NCBI GenBank assembly: GCA_001949185.1
Contig: BDGG01000002.1
Span: forward strand, 1,509,145-1,573,144
DNA from: Ramazzottius varieornatus
Lineage: Eukaryota; Animalia; Tardigrada
DNA: 64,000 nucleotides
Direction of reading: 5' to 3'
Shown here: positions 13,799 through 25,389 of the stretch, piece after piece
Position numbering within the stretch: the stretch's first letter is position 1
Layout: each line of letters starts with the position of its first letter
Notes under the pieces: generated by a model
Seen by the model: only the letters and a program-made list of their open reading frames with translations
Told to the model about the DNA's origin: nothing
Databases searched by the model: none
Program-made: the position numbers and the translations under genes

Positions 13799-14281
13799 AT
13801 GTATTTCGTTGTCTGTGTCGCTCTTCTCGCAGGCTGTGCCTTAGCTCAAGGTCCCGATCAGGGTCGGCAGGTGGGGAACTGGACCAACATCAGCAGTACC
13901 TCTCCGACTCCCTCAGGTCCAGGAGGTAACGGATCGCAGGAGCGAACTCATCCATGGGGACATTCACAAGGCGGGAAACAGGGCGGCGAACACGGCAAAC
14001 CACCTGGTGAACCTAAAGAGAAGGATATTGAGGAAAAGATCGCTCAGGCCATGATGGAGCAACTGCTGAAGGGCGAACCTGTCAGGATCAAGGTGTTTAA
14101 GGCATCCAGGGTTGCCCACGTCCGGGATGGAGATAGCAGTAGCAGTGAAGAAGACCAGATGGTACCTGTCACTCTTGACGCTAGCGGTAAGCCGGTGGTT
14201 GGAGCAGACAAGCCGTACCGAAGTATCGCTAAACAAATGTTCAAACATCCTTCCAAAAGAATGACCGGACAGAACCAGTAA
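13799..14281 (+). CDS. Orphan secreted, low-complexity G/S/P/K/E-rich protein (160 aa)
   Basis: ATG in an AAAAATG context; signal peptide MYFVVCVALLAGCALA-Q; N-glycosylation sequons NWT, NIS, NGS; coding-like codon use; no family recognised. Confidence 0.75.
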   Translation: MYFVVCVALLAGCALAQGPDQGRQVGNWTNISSTSPTPSGPGGNGSQERTHPWGHSQGGKQGGEHGKPPGEPKEKDIEEKIAQAMMEQLLKGEPVRIKVFKASRVAHVRDGDSSSSEEDQMVPVTLDASGKPVVGADKPYRSIAKQMFKHPSKRMTGQNQ

Positions 14282-14648
14282 AGTATTGGAGGACGTTACC
14301 GACGGGTCAAAGATGTGGTTGGTATTTTAACAAGCCAGCTAAATTCCGTATTCTAATACAGACTAATCAGGTGCTTCTGAATTCAAGTGGATCATGCCGC
14401 TATATTTGTAAATCTCGCGCCATTTGCGAACCTCTGTAATCGGCAGAATAAAATAGAACCCCATGGTTTCATAAACAGCAAAATTCAGAAAATTGGAACA
14501 TTTCTCCATCACCGGGCAATTTACAGGTGGAAAATCGATCAACACTTGTTCCCTCACAGTTTTCACGAGCTTCTCAGCTGCTTGCAGCATTTTCGTTTTA
14601 CTCCCAGAATAAACCTCGAAACAACAAGGTACTTCCCTCCTAGTTGGT

Positions 14649-15354
14649 ATGAGGCGTTACTCCCTCAAGTACCGCTGCGCACTTGCAGCAGTGTGCCTCG
14701 CGGTCCTTTCTCATTCCGTCCACGGTCACACACCCGGAACCGCGTCTCCTGCTTCGTCGTCAGGTAGCGACGTGGCAGCCAGTGCCTTGGCTGGTAAGCT
14801 CCCTGTCGAACGCGGCGGACAAGGCCAAGGCCGCTGTATTCAGCGGTGCCGGTGATACTGCCAGTTCGTCCAGCAAGGATGTCGGTCCTTCGTCACCCAT
14901 CTACAAGTCTCAACCCATGAGTCCTATCAAGAAGCCAGCGTCTACTGGGTCATCAAAATCCTTCTCCAGCAACGGGGATCGCAAAAAGCCCATGGCCGTG
15001 GCAGGCCGTAAAGCCATCACGAAGAAAGCAAGCAAGAAGGCTCCAGCGAAGAAGGACAAGAAAGCCAAGCGACCAACGAAGAAAGCGACGCCTCATAAAA
15101 AAAAGGCCGTCGTCGGCAAGAAAGCCGGTCCGAGCCACAACACCAAGTTAGCCGGCAAGATGAGTCGCCAAGACTGGAACGACGACAGGTACTACGATGA
15201 TGACGACTGGTGGTACGATGATGATTACTATGGTAATGACCAGGATAGCTCCAGTGGAGATGTTAGGTATAGCGATGACTCCGGTTCAGATGACAGCGAT
15301 AGCGACCCTGGCTACGTGTGGGACGAGGACGACAGTGATGTCAGCATCTCCTGA
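14649..15354 (+). CDS. Orphan secreted Ser-rich / Lys-rich / Asp-Tyr-Trp-rich protein with a frame discontinuity near 14796
   Basis: Signal-peptide ORF from 14649 (CALAAVCLAVLSHSVHG) overlaps a +1 frame ORF ending at 15354 that encodes KKASKKAPAKKDKKAKRPTKK and DDRYYDDDDWWYDDDYY; AAG/GAC-rich coding signature. Confidence 0.6.
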
Positions 15355-15502
15355 AATTCTAAACCTGTCAACATGACAAAATTTATTGCTTGCGAATTTT
15401 ATTGACCTGGCATAAAAAAGATTGTTGTATTCTATTTCCAAACTATATTGACCACTCGATAAAACGTATCGCTTGAAAGACCAATGTTAGAAAGAAAAAT
15501 AA

Positions 15503-17591
15503 TCACACAGTCGAAGAATCACAGGTATTAGCAGTACGTTGGGAGACGGTTTCGAGCTTAAGCGGCTTTTGCCACAAGGGCACCAAGAACTCTTTGAAAG
15601 ACCGGACCATTACAAAGTCTTGCACATCATCCAGAGTCTCTAGCAAAGGCTGATGTGCCGTCTCCGGGAAGAACAACACCACCATACTTCCCACAATGGT
15701 GATGGCCCCAAACCAAACCAGCGGCATCTGCGAACCTTCTCCCACGTTGAGGTAGACGATCAACGGTCCCAACGACGCCACCAGACCCGACACACCATTG
15801 GTCAAACTGAAGCCTTCACCACGCACTACCGTCGGGTAGTTCTCACAGGAGATCAGTTCCTCGACAGAGTAAGAACTTACTGCAAACATCCGAGCCAACA
15901 GGAAGAGCACGAGAATAGCGTAGTAATACTGATCTGCTGGATGAAATGCCAGGGTGATTAAACAAGTCGCGCCACCCAGGATGAAATTTGTTGCAATGGT
16001 CAGCCGCCGTCCAAATCGATCAGCTATCAGCTGGGTCAATAACGAAGCCGGTAGATCCACAACTGAGGTTAGAAAGACGTTCAGATGTGGGTTGGCTCCG
16101 AACTGTGGAGCGTAGTAGCCAAGTCCGCCATAGCAGACAGCGACCGTGGCGCTTAGCGTCATGAGCACGATGGTCCGTCTCCTCAAAACCGGATGCTGGA
16201 AAATGTCGCGAAATGAATATTTGCGATCCTCTAACTCTTCTGGCGAACGTTCGGTGGAAGCTTTCTTGTCCTGTTGGATCAGCTCTTCCAGTTTGTCTTC
16301 GCAGTGTAGGTTGTAGTCGACTTTATTCCATTTGGCTGCCGTGCGGAAGAACCGTTCAACTTCTTTGTAGCGTTTCTTGCTGAGATTAAACCTCGGTGAT
16401 TCCGGCATGAGCAGACTGATTGCCAAAAAGCCAGTCAAAGGCAGTGTGCATGTTAGAATCAACTTGCGCCAGTGTCGAACGTAGTAAGCACAGATGGCGC
16501 ACACGCAGCTGCCGATTGCGTAAAAGAAGCCGATGAGGGCGGTGTACGTCGTGCGGTGCTCGGGACAGAGGATTTCCTGACCGAGCGTGTAGATGGCTTG
16601 GTACGTCGGGTTGCAACCGACGGAATGCAAGCAGGCAATGAAAACAAAAGGCCAGTACGACGTGGAGAAGGCCAAGGCGATTCCCGAGAGGATTTCCAAG
16701 GCTAAGAAGACAAAGTAGGTCTTCTTGCGACCGTACTGGTCGCTGAAGTACCCACCGATAGGTAGTCCTAAGGTACCAACGATGTAGGTGATAATATACA
16801 GGAGAGTTGGGTAGAAATCGTAGCTGCTACAGACTAGCTGCCATTCGGTCACGATTGTGGACTCGTAAACAGATTGGTCAAAATCCCAGCCGCGTCTGCA
16901 TCTGCTGGAAGAAGAACTGTCAAGACGGATAAAACCACCGACGTCTTTGAATAATTATTGAGCAGATCAATTCATTTGAAAAGCGGTTTTTTCAAAAATG
17001 GGTAACCGATAGTTGGAAACGAAAAAGACGGATTAAAACTTTGCGAATTCTCCGAAATCACTTACTACACGTGCCTAATGATGACGTCCCTTTGGTTTGT
17101 ATCCAAAGGTTCAAAGCACTGCTCTGAGACATTTCGAGCCGCTTGACTAAAGCCGTACGGGGTGGAGTTCAAAGTCCCTCCTTCGTTATCAGGATTTCGA
17201 CACCAGAACTTTTCCGGCGTGGCGATAACAAATAACTGAAAGAGTGAAGGCACAGTCATACCATATCGAAAGCTATCTTTCATGTAGCATGCTGCTCTGA
17301 CCGGGTAGTAATTAGCAAAATCTTCGACGTGCGTCTATATACCCAAAAGCCATTGGAGAACGCATAAGCCAACATGCATGGCAGAAGAACTCCGAACACG
17401 ATGAGCTTTTGATACGGACCGAAAGGATGCACCGCGATCAGTACATCATCGAACTGCACCACATCCAGCTTGTTTCCGTCACAAAGGTCTTTTTCACTCT
17501 GAAATTTCAGCAATCCCAACTCGGAGGTTTCGTCTTGGCAGATCGCTGCTCCTTTGGGATGAATGCATTCCTCATCATCTTCAACAGCCAT
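15503..17591 (-). CDS. SLC22-family organic cation transporter-like MFS protein
   Basis: Exons 17343-17591, 17066-17235, 15503-16904. Motifs FGPYQK, CRRGWDFDQSVYESTIVTEWQLVC, SDQYGRK, PESPRF, DRFGRR, ENYPTVVRG, FPET; about 12 hydrophobic segments. Confidence 0.93.
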
Positions 17592-18268
17592 TGCATTCCA
17601 CCGGATAATCGGGGAGAAAGTCCATAGCAGTTATAGAGGAAGAGATATAGTTTCTGGTGTTTTCGTGGTTAACGAGAGTCACAGAATGCAGAACCGGATA
17701 ACAAGCGAGCGTGATCGTCTATACTTATCTTGCTGCTGTCTTTAGCTGGTCGACTGAGCACGGCTTGCTTCTTCGTCTCAGCACCGTGTATCGGCTATAC
17801 TACCAAGTCTAACTTTATCACATCTGGCTGTGTCACCGACCGCGTCCACACACCCTGACCCATGAGTTAGATCGAAACCTGACACAGTTAACGGACTGTC
17901 TTTACCCGGTATAAACTGGATCTTTAATCCAAATTCAGATTTGGATCAAAGATCTAAATGATTAGTTATGGTTATATTTCCCATCTGTGTAAATGTGATG
18001 ACCACCATCGAGGCAGTCATATACCTCATTCGGCAATGTACACTGTGCAGCTGTTAAGTGGCGCCACCGTTAAGTATGTAGTGAACGGGAACCCGCCTTG
18101 ATTTCTATGCACGAATGCACCACAACTTTTCGGTTAGTGGTTTGATACCGCGCGGTGCCCGGAGGGAATGAAATTGCGAAAAAATCCGCCGCTGCCATTT
18201 GCCATGGGCTGGACCGATTAACGCGGACAACACAGTGATGGAACTGGTACGTAGGATGGGAACTATCT

Positions 18269-19084
18269 CTAGCATTCCGGAAAAGTAGGATTTCGGCGTA
18301 CTTTGAACGATTCTTTGAACGGCTTGTTAACACTGACATCCAGTGGTTGCCACTGGCCCGTCATCCCAGGCGGAATTATGATCTGCTGTACGTTTCGTGA
18401 CAAAAGTAGGTCGGCACTTTCGTCCATGACGTGGACTGAGAAGTGATTCAAGTGATCTCGAAACAAGACCGAAGTTCCCGGATTCACGGGCGCAGGAAAC
18501 AACCGGTTGACATAGTCCTCCTCAAACTTGCTGCTCCACCAGGCCTTCCTAGCGCTTCTGATGATCACATTAGAAGGAGCCTGGAGTTTCGACACAAAGT
18601 TGTCTGACAATTGTCTACTTGTAGACGTTGTCTTGAACACAATCTCGGCAGAGACTGGAATTTAGTTCCATCAGCTGCGATCGTAAGATTGATCGTCATT
18701 CCCTACTTATCACCCTACGGGTGTTTCACCGAAACCTATGACATGAAACGATCAACACCAAAATTTGACTGTACGTTGTGTCCACCAGACTGCAGGTAAA
18801 AATACAACTACTCTGCCCACCAAAGTAATCAAGAGAAGGCATCCTCGAATGAACTGCAAAGCAAGCAAACCATACCGTTTTGACTCCTTTAGGCGAGATA
18901 GTTTTCTTTCCCGGAGAAACCAAACGAACCATCGTTTGGTCGGAATTGAATATTCTGCTCTTGGGGGTTTTCCGGTTGTAGATGTATTCTTGAATTGGCT
19001 CGAAGAAGAACTGGTGGAGTTCCTGAAAAACAGTCGTGATCTCTTTTCGGCGGCGACTACATATTTAGATTTATGACGAGCCAC
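18269..19084 (-). mobile_element. Degenerate pogo-type (DDE_1) transposase remnant
   Basis: IPPGMTGQWQPLDVSVNKPFK is a typical DDE_1 C-terminal motif (18269-18640). The upstream fragment RAEYSIPTKRWFVWFLRERKLSRLKESKRYG resembles a Brinker-type DNA-binding N-terminus. The middle is missing. Confidence 0.75.
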
Positions 19085-20094
19085 AATTGTGCGTTAAGCA
19101 GCACCACGGTAGGCCGTGAGGTGAAGCGCTGACTCGATATGTTGACTTGCAAGCTCTCCGAAACCGAAACAACTTGAACTAACTTTCCCGTTTATGCTTC
19201 GTGACTATTTTGACCTATTCACATGTCAGCTTCTGTCTTCTAGTGGTGTTCGCTGGGAAATCACCGCTTCGGTTCTGTGGTATAGGTGTAATCATATTTT
19301 CGCTTTATTCATGCTGTGAACCACAGTCTCGATGGGAATAAACACGGTATGGCGGACGTCTAACTTTCGGCTGTTTGTCGATCCGGTACGATTATGAGGC
19401 ACTGATCGACGCATCATCCGTACGAGGCGGTGAACATAATTCGGGCAATGCAAAAAGGCGAGGGCGTCAACTTTTGACTGATCTCACATCATACGTCTGT
19501 CGATCCAGCATAGGACTTTTTAACCTGGGACATACGGCATGCCCGTCTTCTTCCCGGAGCAGACTTCTTTGGCTTCCGAGTTCGTCTCATCGTTAGACTT
19601 ATCCAAAGCTTTAGAAAATAGCTTTTTGTACTCTCTAGAAGAAAAAGTAGGTAGTTGGGATAAAATACATCGAGATAAGAGTTGCCTCGAATTACTGTAC
19701 GTCCGGAAAACTGGTATACCGGAATTCTGCAATCCTATCCATAGCGTTCTTTTTTAAACGCGCATCTTAGGTCCATAAAAATGTTTAGCTTTATGCTTCA
19801 TCTGTGAGGGAAACCTTTGAACTTCCTCCGGGGCCTCAAAGAGAACTCCCACTTACAGGGTGCTCGCACCAACCTGCTACCACCCATAAGATCATGGCTT
19901 TCTCGACTGGATGATTACTCAGCTTTCAAACTAATTTTCCCTGGTCTGACATCCTGTTTTCAACCTCGTGAAAAATAACCAACTCGAAATCTTTTGAGGA
20001 AGAGTCGTAAGCGACATTAAGCTGGAGGAAGACAGAAGCCAAAAGGCCATCAACTTTCGAAGTTTTTGGGGTCGTTTTCAACAATTATTTTTTC

Positions 20095-20365
20095 ACTTTT
20101 CCGTTAAAGTCATGCAGCGCCATGACCGAAAATAATTAGACTACGAGCTTAGATAATCGAGAAGACGTCGAAACAACAAATCTGCCGAACTGGCTAGAAT
20201 TTTTTTTATAGAGCAAGGTCTGGCGGTAAAATGGCTGAATTCGCTGTTTAACATTCATTTACTGAGTTGTACTGATGTTCCCGTGGATCTTTTTAATTTT
20301 TCCATACAACCAAGACACTTGTTCGCCTGTTGATAGCAGGTGTCCGATCAAAACTCTACCATGGA
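20095..20365. repeat. Dispersed ~270 bp repeat, copy 1
   Basis: Collinear with 35830-36100; shared blocks include AAGTCATGC, ATAGAGCAAGGT, CCGTGGATCTTTT, AACCAAGACA, GCCTGTTGATAG. Confidence 0.75.
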
Positions 20366-20488
20366 CAACAGTTTTAGTTGTTTCGATAGGTCTTCCCCAC
20401 CGGAAGTCGCACTAGTCGAATTTCTCAAGCTGCTGTTCAGTATTATGAAACGACTCATAGTTCAAACGAAACAGCGTGAAAAGTTGTA

Positions 20489-20727
20489 CAGGAGGAGTAA
20501 GCATGTGTGACCCAGTATTCTCAGACGGCGTGACATGTATCAATTATGCATTACGTTAACAGAAACGCTTTTTATGTAAGGTAGACAACACTGTAATTCA
20601 AACAAGTTTTCGTTACGTCATAGGCTTCATTTTAACTACGAGTGTCTCATGCTTTTCTATGGATGCGCCGTCTGAGACTACTGGGTCACACATTTCCTCA
20701 CTGGGTCACACATGCTTACTCCTCCTG
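20489..20727. mobile_element. Tc1/mariner-superfamily MITE (239 bp)
   Basis: Perfect 28-bp TIR CAGGAGGAGTAAGCATGTGTGACCCAGT, TA on both flanks, duplicated subterminal block at the right end. Confidence 0.9.
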
Positions 20728-21766
20728 TATGGATAGTGTTTAAGATCAGGCGGAAAAGAAGCAATCTGATTTTTTCCTCGAGGAAATGACAGGTAGTAGC
20801 AAGTTGGTGCGAGCGCCCTGTAATTCGCACTCCTTGGATGCGACAATGACAGGTCAGCTTATCCGGGGGTCTGCATGAACATTTTGTTTTTGTCCTCGAT
20901 GATAAAAGATAGCGCTGAAACACCAGAGACAACGCTCTACAGCAAAACAAGTTTTTACGTGATGTAACGACGAAAGGGCGCGCTTCTGAGACGCAAGCTT
21001 TCAGCTCGCTTAGGACTGCATGCTTGCCGAGTGTAAAGCTCCGATAGTGCTGTCATTAGGTCTTTCAGTATGAAGTTGCCGTTTCTTAGGGTCGGAATTC
21101 TGAATTTCGTTTTGAAATCGTAACACAACTTTTGGAGCACGGCTGATGTTCAGCTGCAGTAACGAGGTCTTCTCGTTTCTCTGCTAACAGGATCCATCAT
21201 TCATTCATAGCGTTGAAAACGGGACGTAGTGAGAATTTCAGAATAACTACAATATGATACTGCATGTTTAACCAGAACCATTTTACGATTTTCTATCGCA
21301 CACTGCGATGCACCTTCACACCGGCAACATGGTCTTTTTGGAGCAGAGTGGATCCCGGTCCTACTATACATTCAGTTCCCGAAGTTATAAGTGACTCTTG
21401 ATTAGCCTAATCAAAAACACGAAAACGTAAACAGAAAGCAGTGAGCAGGTTGATAATTTTCCCATGAAAACAGAAACTGGCATGATCCGAGGGTGCTGTA
21501 CATCTGGTACGGCGGTTCCGCACTTGAAGTTGCTTCTGTAACGGTCCACTTACGTGTCACAATCTTTTTCGGGTTGTGTTAGTATGGGTGTAGTTAGGAC
21601 AGGATTTTGAATTTTGTTTACATACAGTGGAAGGCGATGTCAAGCAATTGAGCATCAGGCCGGTCTGTTTCGTGAAAATAGATGAGCAAAGTGACACTGC
21701 AGGATTTTGTCCTTGGTCTTATGGATGGCGTCGTCAGGAAGCAGGAAACTACTAGCTCAGGCCTAG

Positions 21767-22547
21767 TAGAGCTGTTAATGGTTTGAACCATATGGTTTGG
21801 TTTGGTTTAAGTGTGGTTTGCATGCCAAACCGGTTAAATAAAAGTGGTTGCTCCTGCAAACCACCGAAAGTGGTCTGGTCTGGTCTAAACTCCAAACCAA
21901 ACAATTTAAATCAAACCACATAAACCACCGGTTTGAACCGGTTTGCGAACAGCTTTTTGATCACCAGTACATAGTAAATTCTGACAGTTTTCTTCAATTG
22001 ACTAATCAACGAAAATAACCACCGAGGACATAAGAAGTTGAGCGACCGTTGCTGGTTTCTCTACAAACAGACGCAAACAGGCAAGACTGGCGCGTGCTGG
22101 AATTAAAAAAGCACCATTGCAAGCTATCCGGTAGTGCAATCATTTTCCCACCAGCAGTGTCGTCCAGAACTGCCGGAACTGCGATTTTTACCTGACGGAA
22201 GGCGTAGTTCTGATGTCGCGCCGCTAATGACACAGTGCTCACCCAGTTAAAGCTGTGCATCACGTGGTACTCAGAACGATGTGGCTGCGCTCAGTGGCAG
22301 TGGGGAGAAAAAGATTGGCACTGTCAGACGGCCAACTTCGGCCCGACTTCTTGCACAGAATCTGCATATTTCGTATGAAATTTTCCTCTACCGCAAACCA
22401 TATCAAACCACATAAACCAGTGGTTCATATGGTTTGGCGTGAGATCGGAACCGGTTTGAGGTGGTTCGGTCTGGATGTCAAACCACGAACCACATAAACC
22501 ATATAAACCACTTTCTAAGTGGTCCGGTCTGGTTTTTAACAGCTCTA
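21767..22547. mobile_element. Non-autonomous hAT element (781 bp)
   Basis: 12-bp TIR TAGAGCTGTTAA; perfect 8-bp TSD AGGCCTAG (21759-21766 and 22548-22555); dense subterminal GGTTT/AAACC repeats. Confidence 0.92.
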
Positions 22548-23474
22548 AGGCCTAGACGCTTTTATGCGAAAAATATTATTGAGGAAATGCCAAGAGAAAA
22601 ACCGGATAACACTTCCAGCACCACGTGTAGATAACACTTTTGTGTCGGGGTTGAGCCATGAGGTTCAAACGATCCAACAGTCTTTAACCAGTTGTAAGGG
22701 ATAGGTGGGGCTTGGATGGACCAGTGACACAATACAGGGCGGAGCCTACTAGCGCCGCTTGATCTGGTGGTTGCTTCTTGCTCATCGAAAGTCCGATTTT
22801 TTTGCGAACAGCAAAGCCTGTTAAATAGATTTGACCACGACAATCGAGACTGGCCACGTTTCTCCACTTCCATGTTTCTTTGGAGAGAAATTTACACTAT
22901 GGGAGTAATTCGAAAAATTCTCGGACGTTAGACGAGAACGACACACCTGCTGGAACGTAGAGTTACTAAACAGTTTTGGTCCGGTGTATCGGTGATAGTT
23001 TTGCTTCACCACGGGGACAAGTACTTCGTCCAGACAGCAAGAAATGGTATATACGCTGAAAACGTTGAAAACGTTGAAAACGGATCCCGCACCCCAGCAA
23101 AAACCTGTGCCTTTGGGATCGTTTGCACCCCATGGTGCTGCAAGTGTTAACGTATAGTACAGTTCTGCCTGCGAGATGTGACAAGTACTTCTCCCGCACG
23201 TGGACAGCCTTATCCTATAAGATTCCTAGCCATGAACTGCGCAACACGATTAGCTGATCGACGCTTCTTGGTGCTCCTGGTGATCAAGAAATCGAGTTCG
23301 TTTTCAGTCAGCTTTCAGAAGCTTAGCAAGGAGCTTGGTGAGCTTAAGACCTGTCCGAAATTGAAGTTGGGCGATTGAACTGTCGCATCTCAAAAGTGGG
23401 ACTGTGTTAGGAATCAGTCCCGAAGTACCCGAACTCGGAGTTAGACGTAAGATTTGTGCTGATGAACTACAGTA

Positions 23475-23941
23475 CACGCACGGCGGGTAAATATGAGACA
23501 CCAAAAACTATGGGACAGGCCTTTTCGCTACGGCGGCACGGTCAGGTGCTTCTTACTGCAAGTGAAAACCAGCACTGATGGCTGCTTTGCTGTACGTACG
23601 TGATGAATAGCAGAAAGTGCGTCCTTCAATACTTTTTCGGGGTACTGTCGAGGTCGATTTGCCTTGAAGGGTTCAGATGTCATGGAAAAACGCTTACAGA
23701 AACGATATGGATTCGAGAGCGTCTCTGGAAGAAAGTAAATGAACAATTCGCAGCCTCGAAGCGCCAAATTCAAACAGACGATCGTTTAATGGGCAATGTA
23801 TGCCAATTTTCTACGGTTAAATTTCACTGCGTTACGTCATACGCTCGATTTTCATTGTTGGCTCGCATTCGGGATGTAAAATTGCCGTCCTTTCCGCCTG
23901 TACCATAATTTTTAGTGTCCCATAATTACCCGTCGTGCGTG
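23475..23941 (-). mobile_element. Internally deleted pogo-like element retaining the start of a Psq-type HTH
   Basis: About 47-bp imperfect TIRs (CACGCACGGCGGGTAAATATGAGACACC...); TA at the left flank; internal fragment RPRQYPEKVLKDALSAI. Confidence 0.75.
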
Positions 23942-24743
23942 TGCAGCCGCTCACGACCACCCACAGCGCCAGCGTTGTAGTGTAAGTAGTTATGACTCGG
24001 CACTGATGGCTATTTATGCGACTTATACCTGCTCAAAATGTTTCTGGGTCACAGTAGTTACGGAAAGAGTCACTCATCAAAAGTTTAGTACCTCAACGTC
24101 GGGCAGTAGTTCATCCCCTTCAGCAAAATCATTGCGATCGGTGGTGCCGCCTGTTCGCTCTCACATCATCACCACGAGTGGCTGTACAACATCTAAAGCA
24201 TTAAAAAATTGATGGGAATGGCTCGCGCGGTCCTGCACTGTGGTACGTACAGGCTTGGCTGTGCACCTAGAACTTGCTATTCGTTTTACCCGTCAACATA
24301 TTGTGATGTCCTGTGGCCTTGATGGGGCAAGTTCCCGTGCTGATGGACTTTGAACCAATAAACCTAAACCTAAACCTAAACCTAAACATGATCCCTTCTT
24401 CCTAGTCCGCAGCGAATAACGAGCTCAGAATTGCTTTTTGTGCACTAAAACTCAACAGACTTTTAGACTTACGAATTAGTGATGACGCACGCGGAACAGA
24501 GTTCCGGAAAACCGATATTCCGAACCATTAGCCCTCCGACATTTTACGGCAGAGCGAGGCGGCCTTTAACAAAAATTGGATGACGAAAAAACCGCCAAAC
24601 GTGTCGTCCAACTGACGACACGTTTGGCCGTCAAAGCCGAATTACAGGCTGGTAATCATCGGATGGAAGAGATTTCGGAGGTCGTAAGAAGGCCTTACCC
24701 ACACCTTATTTCTCCGATGAGCCAGGTACTAATCCAGCTTTTG

Positions 24744-24750
24744 TATAAAA
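24744..24750 (+). promoter_or_regulatory. Candidate TATA box
   Basis: TATAAAA about 150 bp upstream of the ATG at 24898. Confidence 0.4.
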
Positions 24751-24897
24751 CATGAAGAAAACATCCTTAGAAAGTCGGGTGCTTAACTAACAGTTTTGAC
24801 TGGCACGGGATATCTGGAGATTCCCGTGCATCCTCGAAAGACTTGCGTCTAAAGTGCATGCGACTATTTTCTCCTCGAAGCCTTCCCGAAAGTCAAG

Positions 24898-25389
24898 ATG
24901 AAGACTTTATCCATCGCTTTTCTGGCCACTTACTTCCTGGTTTTTCGTACCGGTTTTGTGGACGGCCTCTCCCGCGCTGGACCAAGCGATCACCGATCAA
25001 CAGCCCCTCGTGGCTTGTCCTTCAACGGCGGACTGCTTGAGCCGACCAAGACTCCTGACGCAGGGGACCTTACCATAACGGCGAATCAGCTAGACGAACC
25101 AACCGTGCCCCGATCCATAGATCATGAAGCTGATTACACGGAAGCGGATAGTCAAATGGACAAGCGCAGCATGGCAGTGAAACCTATGAAGCGAGTTACT
25201 GGAATGATGGGATTCCGGAGGTCCACCAAAGCCGCGTGGTATTTGGGCAAGCGGTCAGCAGCCGTAATGACACCGCCAACGGTCGTCGGGGTTCGATCTA
25301 TCAACCCTCATAGCCTGAAGTCGGCTCGCTGGTTGGGTCCCGTTCTGTATTTCTTCAGGAGCGGCACCGTAAATCGGTCGCGGCTGTAG
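24898..25389 (+). CDS. Candidate neuropeptide precursor (prepropeptide)
   Basis: Signal peptide, acidic spacer, then a cluster of dibasic sites: DKR-SMAVKPM-KR-VTGMMGF-RR-STKAAWYL-GKR (amidation signal). A possible in-frame intron lies at 25254-25358. Confidence 0.7.
   Translation: MKTLSIAFLATYFLVFRTGFVDGLSRAGPSDHRSTAPRGLSFNGGLLEPTKTPDAGDLTITANQLDEPTVPRSIDHEADYTEADSQMDKRSMAVKPMKRVTGMMGFRRSTKAAWYLGKRSAAVMTPPTVVGVRSINPHSLKSARWLGPVLYFFRSGTVNRSRL

Noticed and set aside
14683-15354. Identification as Dsup, histone H1, or a CAHS/SAHS protein
   Set aside because: Only compositional similarity: no H1 globular domain, no CAHS or FABP-like motifs, and it has an acidic aromatic tail and a probable signal peptide.
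17919-17954. 16-bp hairpin with one mismatch upstream of the SLC22 gene
   Set aside because: AT-rich and single; no supporting context for a function.
24359-24387. (TAAACC)n as an interstitial telomere
   Set aside because: Fewer than five units and the telomere repeat of this species is unknown; treated as a microsatellite.
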